The notes beneath the pieces are model-generated. The model was not told where the DNA came from, did no database searches, and saw only the letters and a list, made by a program, of their open reading frames with translations. A stretch of DNA of 64,000 nt from Octopus vulgaris (lineage: Eukaryota): contig OX597831.1 in the NCBI GenBank assembly GCA_951406725.2, positions 76,694,001 through 76,758,000 of the forward strand, read 5' to 3'. Below, piece by piece: positions 54,268-64,000 of this stretch (its first letter is position 1; every line of letters starts with the position of its first letter). The translations under genes and the position numbers were made by a program.

Positions 54268-55890
54268 TTTAAATATTTGTTGTGCAAGATTTTTTATGTG
54301 AAGTCGTGTGTTGAAACAGATATTGTTATATTTCGGAATGGTCATATTGCCAGTTTAGCCAATAAAAACACACGCACTATATATTTGGTGTTATTTTGCT
54401 TCAGTGTTATTTATTTTTTACATTAATTTTAATCTTATTTCGGCCAGAGTTCTTTCGTCACACTCCTGTGACAGCATCAGTGGTCCTTTGTTTTCTTCTT
54501 TCTTATTTGTGTCTCTCCTTACTAACCGTCAGCCATTTTGTATTTCTATTGTATGTCTTCATATGCGCATGCTTATATCTCTATGTGCGTCTATGTTTAT
54601 TTAGTGTGTGTGCGGGGGGGGATGCCTGTAATATTTGTATCTTCTGTTTATATACGTTTATGTAATTTGTATTTTGTTTTTGTTGTTTTTCTTTATTCTT
54701 ATTTTGTTCATGTGTTTACATCCACTTATTATCATCTTACATATGCTTGTATGTATGTATGTATGTATGTATAACAACAACACTAGTAATAATAATAATA
54801 AATCGAATCGAAAAAAAAAATATATACATATACATATATATATATATAGTTATTTATTTCTATTTGTTTATTTATCTGTGTATTTATTATGTTTTCGGGA
54901 TCCTCTATCGTCATATGTTGTGGTGTGTGCCAGTGCTCCATTCTAGTTTTCTATTCAGGCTAGGTTTATTTTCTATTATGGAGTAACAAGACAACGACAT
55001 ACGTAGGGGAAACGGCAAGAAGCATAGGAGAGCGGGTAAATGAAAATTGGAGACAACTCAAGAAAGGTAAAAGCTCATCGATTCTGTACCAACGCGCCGA
55101 ACAGGAACATGGGGGATCAATCAATAACATAGAAATTAAAATATTGTCCACACATAGATCAGATGCAACAATTAGACAAATTACAGAAGTTACACACATA
55201 TTAGAAAATAAACCTAGCCTGAATAGAAAACTAGAATGGAGCACTAACACACACCACAACATATGACGATAGAGGATCCTGAAAACATAATAAATACACA
55301 GATAAATAAACAAATAGAAATAAATAACTATATATATATATATATATTTTCGATTCGATTTATTATTATTATTACTAGTATTGTTGTTATACATACAGAC
55401 ATACATACATACATACATACATACATACATAATACATACATACATACATACATACATACATACATACAAGCATATGTAATGATAATAATAAGTGGATGTA
55501 AACACATGAACAAAATAAGAATAAAGAAAAACAACAAAAACAAAATACAAATTACATGAACGTATATAAACAGAAGATACAAATATTACAGGCATCCCCC
55601 CCACATACACACACTAAATAAACATAGACGCACATAGAGATATAAGCATGCGCAAATGAAGACATACAATAGAAATACAAAATGGCTGACGGTTAGTAAG
55701 GAGAGACACAAATAAGAAAGAAGAAAACAAAGGACCACAGATGCTGTCACAGGAGTGTGACGAAAGAACTCTGGCCGAAATAAGATTAAGATTAATGTAA
55801 AAAATAAATAACACTGAAGCAAAATAACACCAAATGTATAGTGCGTGTGTTTTTATTGGCTAAACTGGCAAAATGACCATTCCGAAATAT
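54268..55890 (+). mobile_element. 5'-truncated Penelope-like element with inverted pseudo-LTR
   Basis: GIY-YIG tail 54982-55266 (TYVGETARSIGERVNE..RQITEVTHI..LNRKLEW). Inverted arms at about 54328-54975 and 55202-55890, each with a hammerhead-like motif (54442-54486 -, 55732-55776 +). Confidence 0.85.
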
Positions 55891-56057
55891 AAGAATATAT
55901 TTATATATATTCAGTTCTATTTATCCTGTTATTTTTTTTTGGAGGGGACGAAGCTCCAATTTCTTAATTCCCTCATTGAACTACATTTCAACTTTGCCCT
56001 AATCCATTGCTCCTACCTTATTTGTTTCCTATGCTCCTTTACTTTTCTTTCACATTT

Positions 56058-56095
56058 TTGTTCTGATGAAGAGCTAGCGCCCGAAACATCAAGAC
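56058..56095 (+). ncRNA. Degenerate minimal hammerhead motif
   Basis: tt-CTGATGA-A-GAGC tagc GCCC-GAAA-CA-TC-aa. Confidence 0.5.
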
Positions 56096-56717
56096 TAACT
56101 TTTCCCCTAGTGTTGCCCTCTTTCATTTTGTGTTCATTGCTTTTAGGCAAGTATCTTCACTCTAGTCCCAGCACGACCAATGCTTTGTGTGAGTCTGATT
56201 GTAGAAAACTGCATGGACGTCCGTCGTGTGCACACACATACACACACAGATGCACACATATACACACATACATACATATATACACATACGCAAACACATA
56301 TATATATATATACACACATACACACACACATATATACCAACACACACTCAGATATATATATACATACACGCATATATATGTATATTTATATATATATATA
56401 TATATAAACACACGCGCGCACACACATACACACACATATATGTATAAGTAAGTGTGTATAGATGTATATACATATGTATATATGAATGTATATATATATA
56501 TGTGTGTATACATATACATTTACACACATATATGTGGGGTAAGTTGCCCCCTTCATCAGTACTTGTCAACCGGTTTAAATACTTCTCAAAACGTAGCGGT
56601 TCGACAGAGGAGACCAAGACAATAAGTATCAGGCTGGGATCTTTTGATCTTTTGGTCGACTAAACCCTTCAAAGCGGTGCCCCAGCATGGCCACTGTCTA
56701 ACAAATGAAACAGATAG

Positions 56718-57015
56718 AGGCAGCGAGCTGGCAGAAACGTTAGCACGCCGTGAGAAATGCTTAGCGGTATTTCGTCTGCCGCTACGTTCTGAGTTCAAAT
56801 TCTACCGAGGTCGACTTTGCTTTTCATCCTTTCGGGTTCATTTATGTATCATTTATGCACTGGGGTCGATATAATCGACTCAATCCGTTTGTCTGACCTT
56901 GTTTGTCCCCTCTGTGTTTAGCCCCTTGTGGGTAGTAAAGAAATAGGTATTTCGTCTCTCTTTAAGTTCTGAGTTCAAATTCCGCTGAGGTCGACTTTGC
57001 CTTTCATTCTTTCGG
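56718..57015 (+). mobile_element. SINE family B with partial tandem repeat
   Basis: Head at 56718; restart at about 56947; ~42-bp duplication at 56993-57070. Confidence 0.75.
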
Positions 57016-57226
57016 CCTAGAGTAGAAAAAACTTTGCCTTTCATTCTTTCGGCCTAGAGTAGAAAAAACTAAATGAAGCAGATAAAAAAGATTAAAGACA
57101 CACACACAAACAAACACACATACAAATATATCTCAGACCAAATGAAGACACGCTCAATTGTTTTCACCTGGATGATTAATTCTACGATTTATTCAGGTAT
57201 TAACTGAAGTGACCTTTATTTAGGGA

Positions 57227-57412
57227 TTAGCTGAATAGATCTTCAATGTCGGCCATAAGAACATCCTGGGTCTTTTTCTTCAGATGTTTCAAATATTTTT
57301 TTTTCGGGCGGTATTTTATTGCATTGAATCTACCAATAACAGTCGAAGTACCAACTCGTTCCCAGAAAACTCGATAATTTGAGCGGCGAACTTGCAACTT
57401 GATGACAAAAAC
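57227..57412 (-). CDS. Last coding exon of the same unidentified gene
   Basis: Long polypyrimidine acceptor ttttgtttttttctcAG, phase 0, VFVIKLQVRRSNYRVFWERVG...DIEDLFS*. AATAAA at 57220-57215 and again near 57190. Confidence 0.7.
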   Translation of the reverse strand, partial: VFVIKLQVRRSNYRVFWERVGTSTVIGRFNAIKYRPKKKYLKHLKKKTQDVLMADIEDLFS

Positions 57413-57479
57413 CTGAGAAAAAAACAAAACAAAAACAAAAGGTAAGAAAGTGATATTAAAGAATATATGCGCAAGAAAA

Positions 57480-58030
57480 AAGCGTATAGGCGCTAAGTAT
57501 TGTATAGGCTACTCAGAATATATAGGCTACATAAAATGTATAGGTGATGAAGAATTTATGAGTAATAAAATGCATATAGGCAATAAGATAAATGTATAGG
57601 AATTAGGTATAGTATAGACAATAAAGAATCTATAGGTTACATAAAATGTATAAGTGATACAGAGTTTATAAGTAATAAAGAGTGAACAGACAATAAGAAA
57701 AATGTATAGGAATTAAGTATTGTATAAACAGTGAAAAAATGTATAAGTTACACAGAATGTATAGGCGACAGAGAATCTATAAGTAATAAAGCATGTATAG
57801 ACAATAAGAAAAATGTATAGGAATTTAGTACGATATAGGCAGTAAAGAATGGAGAGGCAATAAAAATATAAGCAATAAAAACATATTGGTCGTAAATATA
57901 GTAGACGCTAAAGAATCTGTAAATTATAAGGAATTTAGAATAAAAAAATGTATAGGCAATGTAGAATGTATAAACAGTAAAGATTTCATTAACAGAGTCA
58001 ATTAATAATATATAGGCAGAAAAATAAAGA
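57480..58030. repeat. Degenerate ~20-bp AT-rich minisatellite
   Basis: Recurring aatgtataggcaataaag-like units. Confidence 0.7.
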
Positions 58031-58154
58031 TGTATAAACTGATGGTGACGGGGGAATTTTGAAGATTTGGCTGCATTTTCTAACTGAGAGGAAGGCTTCA
58101 TAGAGGTCTCCGTCGTGGTCCGTGATACTACGAGTATTATTATTATTATTATTA

Positions 58155-58750
<596 letters not shown>

Positions 58751-59016
58751 CCACAGAGTCCTCGCTATGCTAAGATATAGTATTATAGTTTATATGGTGG
58801 AGAAGACGAAAACTGAATCTCGTGTCTGCTATTAACTGTTTGGTTGTAAAAAGAATTCACTTTTACAGAAATCTCATCCACTGGTAAGAATATACACACA
58901 CATGCACACACATACACACACGTACACACACATATATGCATATACAAATTATGCATAAATACACACATACATGCATACATACATACATACAAGACAAACA
59001 TACATACATACATACA

Positions 59017-59073
<57 letters not shown>

Positions 59074-59077
<4 letters not shown>

Positions 59078-60062
59078 ACAGACCACCTGCCGTCGCTCGG
59101 TCGAACAAAGAATTCGCCACACAGAGAGGACTCGGTGGGGGAATGGCAGCGACGAACTCAAACCGGCGACCGGAGAGAACGACGACAAGAAACAGTAAGA
59201 AGAGATACAGAGATACGGCGGAAGGCAATTGGCTACATTTAACACTAGTTTATAACAATTATTACATCAATCAATCAAGATACATCAGGTATACACCAAA
59301 TCAAAGAAATCAAAGAAAATAATGCAACAGATCAAAGCATTTAAACAGTATGCAGATGCAATATACAGTTCAGAGGCAATAGTTCGAATCCAATTAAAAC
59401 AAATAACGTTCAGATCAAATCACATTAAAGTCCTTCTCTTTTTCTACTTTCTTTTACATTTCAACAACTCTCTTTTTTCTTTCCTTAATTCACAATGTCT
59501 TTTTACTGTCTCATTTCTTTAGCATTTCCAGCCTTTAGCACTGTTCTGTATAACACATCAACAAGTCCTTTACTCAATTCACATTGTTCAGTTCTTTTAC
59601 ATAAGTAACACAACTCAATAATCAACACATACCGTACAACAGCCAATGCCACACACCGTAGTCCATCTCTATTAGCTGTTTAATCCTATGTGTATGTCTT
59701 CCTCAACCCCTCATCCTCTCACTGTCTGCCTGTCGTTCTCAACGCTGTCCTGTCACTATCTCGCCTGTCATCTCTCATGATTGTGTGTCTGTCTTTCTCT
59801 GCGCTTCCTTCGTAATCCCGTCTGCCATGTTACTACCTCAATTTCTCCGGCTGGAACGGATCTACAGACTCACAGCTCCTTTTTATAAGATAGTTTCTTT
59901 GACCCTTCCTTGACCGGCAAAAGGGGAGGGGTCTTTCTAAAAGCCATCACTCTTTCGTGAATCCGACAGAACAAAGGACTATAACCTTACATTGTAGACT
60001 TCCAGTCTCCAAGCCAAGCAAGGTAGGTCATAGAAGTGTCCCTGACTGACCTATTCACAACA
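59074..60062 (-). mobile_element. Probable solo LTR (~990 bp) in (TA)n
   Basis: TGTT...AACA termini; TATAAAA on the minus strand at about 59888-59881; related to 28068-29040. Confidence 0.7.
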
Positions 60063-61066
60063 TATATATATATATATATATGGAAAAAAGTCAAGATAGA
60101 AAATGCTAAAATAATTTTATAAAAAACATTTCAGTTTCGGTCATTGAGACTTTTTCAACTGTATGTATGGAAAACAATTAAATTTTAGAAAAATTAAAAG
60201 AAAAGTTTTTTTTAAAAGAATATTTGCATAGTATTCAAATATAAGTGGCATTTTCCTTGTTTCTGGCTTTCTCCGTCTCTCTTGTTTACACTTGTGGGTT
60301 CGAGGTCCATGTGAATTCTTAGTAGGGAAGATGAAGAAGAAGAAGAAGGATGAGGAGAAGGGGGTAGAGGAGAAGGAGGAGGAGGAGAAGAAGAAGAAGA
60401 AGAAGAAGAGGAGGAGGAAGAAGAGAGAAGAAGAAGAAGAAGAAGAAGAAGAAGCAGTAGAAAAGGAGAAGAAGAAGAAGATGAGTGCCATGAAAGTAGT
60501 ATGTTAAAGCAACTGCTCCGAAAGTGACCCACTGTGAGAAGAAGAAGAAGAAGAAGAAGAAGGGGAGGAGGAGGAGAAGAAGAAGAAGAAGAAGAAGAAG
60601 AAGAAGAAGAAGAAGAAGAAGAAGAAGAAGAAGAAGAAGAAGAAGCAGTAGAAAAGAAGAAGAAGAAGAAGAAGAAAGAAGAATGTGGGAGTGCCATGAA
60701 AGTAGTATGTTAAATGGTCAACTGCTCCGAAAGTGACCCACTGTGGGTGGTAGTAGTAATTGTTGAAGTCCTGAAATATCTCTTTTGAATGTTTTGTTTA
60801 TAATATTTGCCTAGCTGTTATTCTAAACAGCAATAGTGGTGAAGTTAGGAAGGAGGAGGAAGAAGACAAATAAGAAGAAGAAAGAGAAGGGTGAATAAGA
60901 AGGAATGTAGGTAGAATGAAAGAAGTAAGGTGTTAAATGGTCAAGTAAGGTGTTAAATGGTGTATTAGCTCGTTATAGATTATAGCAGTAATTGGGACTG
61001 TTTTTTTAATGAATTCTTAGGAATCTCTTGGGTGTATCATTTTTAATATTTGCATGTGTATTTCTG

Positions 61067-62560
61067 TTATTCTAAGGTCGTGGTGGATATGTCGTTTGTT
61101 GTAGACGCGTTCAAAAGGGGTCTGTATTTTATAATAAAGAAAGTCTCTTTACTAATTCGTTGGCTCCAGGTTGTATCGTCCCTGAATTGGTAGAGGGGAA
61201 AAATTCTGAAGCTTGGATTTTTGTTACTGGCGCAAATGTCTATTTGTTGACTGAATGCTATTTTTCTGTTTTGGGGAATTTTGATCTGGGATCTGTGCAG
61301 AGCCATTCTTTTATGTAGACTTTTTTTGCTTGGCCTATGTATTGCTCTTGACACTCAGAGAAGGTTAGTGCGTATATCAGGTTCTCGGAAGCACATGTGA
61401 AGTTGCTTTTCACTGTGAAACGTTGTCCCTGTTTGAAGGAGAACTTCGATCCCTCAATTAAATTGACGCATATCCCACAGTTGGGTCTTCCGCATTTTTT
61501 TACTGACGGCATCTGTGTTGTTGTTGAGAGTATTCGGGCTTGTGTTAGGAGACTTTTCCTAGATTTGGGTTGTCTCTTGCTTTTTATGATGGTGTGTGTT
61601 TGGAGGATTAAGTTCATTCTGTCATCCTTTTTTAGCAGGGGAATGTTTTGAAGGATGGTGTGGAAGGCTTTTTGGTTGAGAGGGTTGTATATGGAGATGT
61701 ATGGTAGGTATTTTGGTTGTAAATCTTTCTTTAATTTAGGATGTCTGAGTTCCTGGATGTTGAGTTGAAGGGCACGTTGAATGTATATGTCAATAAGTGA
61801 AGGTGGGTAGTTCCTGGTGATGAGTGTATCCTTTAGTTCATGTAGTCGTGTGTCTCTGGTGTTTGCATTAGAAACTATTGTACATATCCTTCTTGCTAGG
61901 TTGAAAGGGATATTCATTCTGGTGTGTCTGGGATGGCGTGAGTTGAACGGTAGATATTGCTTGGAGTCCGTGGGCTTATAGTATATATCAGTTTCTATTA
62001 CGTTGTTAGATTTCTTAATGAGGATTTCGAGGAAGGGGAGTTGTTTCTGGCTATATTCCATCGTGAATTGGATGTTTACGTCAAGTCCATTTAAAAGTGC
62101 TTGGAATTCTTTAAGTTTCTCGATATTTTCATGCCAAAGAATGAAACAGTCATCCAGGTATCTCTTTCAGGTATTTTCTATGTAGAGGGAGAATGGGCTG
62201 ACGTACTTTTCTAGAACCTTATGATAATGACTAATTTCTAGATATCCCGTGACTAGGTTAGCAAATCACAGTCCCCGATTTTTGTCGGTAGAAGTTGTCT
62301 TTGAAGGCGAAGTAGTTATTTTCCAGGATGAATTTAAGCCCTTCTATCACGAATTCTTTTTTGATGCGATGTGGGAGTTCGTTGGCGTAATTCTCTAGCC
62401 AGAATTGAATTACCTCTATTCCTAGGCTGTGGGGGATATTGGAATAGAGGTTGACTACATCGAAAGATACTAGTAGCGTGTTTCTATTGTTCTAGGAAGG
62501 TGCTTGTTTATTGTTTTAGGGAGGTGATTGAGCCCTTCTCTGTATAGGTTTAACATGGAT
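61067..62560 (-). mobile_element. Penelope-like element relic (RT plus GIY-YIG)
   Basis: LVSFDVVNLYSNIP, YLDDCF, QFTME..LPFLE..DIYYKPTD..YL.FNS.HP, CGRPNCGIC, NLIY..YIGQ, RMALH; frameshifts and deletions. Confidence 0.9.
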
Positions 62561-62815
62561 TTTAGGTCTCCCATCATTTTCTGCTGACTGTAGTGTTAGG
62601 CCTTTTCATAATATATATATATATATATGGGGGTGGGGTGGGGTGTATTCATGCATAAATTGTAACAATGAAGTCAAATCAAATGATGGCATTTTGAAAG
62701 CATTTAACGCATGCGTTTAAGATCTTGCGTTACATAGAGTAAGAAATAAATCCGCTATATGCAAGGTCTTCTGTAGTTAATTTATTTCAAAATATGAACC
62801 AACTGATAGAAATAG

Positions 62816-62895
<80 letters not shown>

Positions 62896-62934
62896 GTAGC
62901 TTATTCCGTTAAGGTAAAGAACAGTAAGAAAAGT

Positions 62935-63483
62935 GCTAAACACCGTTCGTCACAGCCCTCCTGGTGATCAACTTCTTGACAGAGATGGGCATCAGGACTG
63001 TTCCTTATCTTCTCTACAGTTCAGACCTTTGCTCCTTGTAACTTCTAGTTGTTCTCCAGGCTGAAGGAGAGTTAGACAGATAATTGCAGTGTTTTAATTG
63101 AAGTAATGGCTTAAGGCGGCAAGCTGGCAGAAACGTTAGCACGCAGGGCGAAATGTGTAGCCGTATTTCGTCAGTCTTTACGTTCTGAGTTCAAATTCCG
63201 CCAAGGTCGATTTGCCTTTTATCCTTTCGAGGTCGATGAATTAAGTACCAGTTTCGTACTGGGGTTGATGTAATCGACTGGCCCCCTCTGAGGTAACAAT
63301 CGCTTTGAAGATGAAGGAGGCTGCGACAAGGGTCCTGGACGCGTTCATTGTGAAGGACTTCTATGGGGCCTCCACAAAGTGGCTGGGGTGCTACAGCTAG
63401 CTCAGTGAAGTTAGAGGATCCTACTTTGAAATTAATAAATGTTACACCTGAAAAACTCGTAAACTTCTGGAATGCACCTTGTA
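62935..63483 (+). pseudogene. Mariner C-terminal relic with right TIR, interrupted at 63070-63290
   Basis: FLTEMGIRTVPYLLYSSDL/APCNF*LFSRLKE ... RGSYFE; end aaacttctggaatgcaccttg|TA. Confidence 0.7.
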
Positions 63484-63523
63484 CATTAAAGTTTAGGTAA
63501 GAAACGCAAAGAGAAGTATTTAC

Positions 63524-63739
63524 CTGAAGATAAGGACGAAAGGCGTCTGGGAAACGTAGAATTGCCATATCCATCACCGAGACTGTTTTGGTGTCCTCCT
63601 CTGAGAGCAGATTTTTAATATCATATTTAAATGCTTGTGTTGCTGCAACCAAAGCTATCTTTCTAATGTCTATTTTCGTCTCATAAAGTATCGATGGATC
63701 TTGAATAAGTTTATTAAACCAACTTTCGATATTGTATAC
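63524..63739 (-). CDS. Penultimate coding exon of an unidentified gene
   Basis: Acceptor cttatttacAG at 63739 and donor cttcag|GTAAAT at 63524. 216 nt, phase 0/0, open: VYNIESWFNKLIQDPSILYETKIDIRKIALVAATQAFKY...FPDAFRPYLQ. Confidence 0.7.
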
Positions 63740-64000
63740 CTGTAAATAAGGATTTTGAATATTTTATATACAACCAACAACATCGACATGCAGGGTGCAG
63801 GATGAAAAAGCTCCTGTATTTTACCTTTTATTATTGTAAAACTAGTGAAGTTAGACAGATAATTACAGTGTTTTAATTGAAGTAATGGCTCAAGGCGGCG
63901 AGCTGGCAGAATCGTTAGCACGCCGAGCGAAATGCGCACACACATACACACCCGTACATAGAACGTACATTACTCCACGTAAGGCACGCTCTATGTTACT

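Noticed and set aside
60141-60745. Poly-E/K/R/S ORFs
   Set aside because: (GAA)n tracts with a local duplication downstream of the PLE relic.

Overview
Repeat-dense, AT-rich animal genomic DNA. The SINE families and TA/CA/TATC/TACA microsatellites resemble an octopus or other coleoid cephalopod genome (inference). Most ORF-track entries are microsatellite or SINE read-throughs. Two host genes can be rebuilt by hand, both on the minus strand. The first is a ~359-aa multi-pass SLC35/DMT-like transporter (exons 12684-12626, 7450-6528, 2815-2661) whose ATG appears split by an intron (gccAT|Gg). The second is the last two coding exons of an unidentified gene (63739-63524, 57412-57227). The rest is mobile DNA: five SINE families, Tx1/L1-like copies in (TATC)n, R4/Dong-like RLE LINEs in (TACA)n or (TAA)n, an RTE 3' end with three C2H2 fingers, CR1 relics, mariner relics, non-autonomous Helitrons, two solo LTRs and three Penelope-like (PLE) coding relics. 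The main signal is about 14 minimal type-I hammerhead-like motifs from about 8 unrelated short repeat families. Several carry non-canonical cores (UUGAAAA, CUGUAGA, CUGAUGC) and sit in inverted or tandem PLE-type structures. No database searches or folding programs were run; coordinates were counted by hand.
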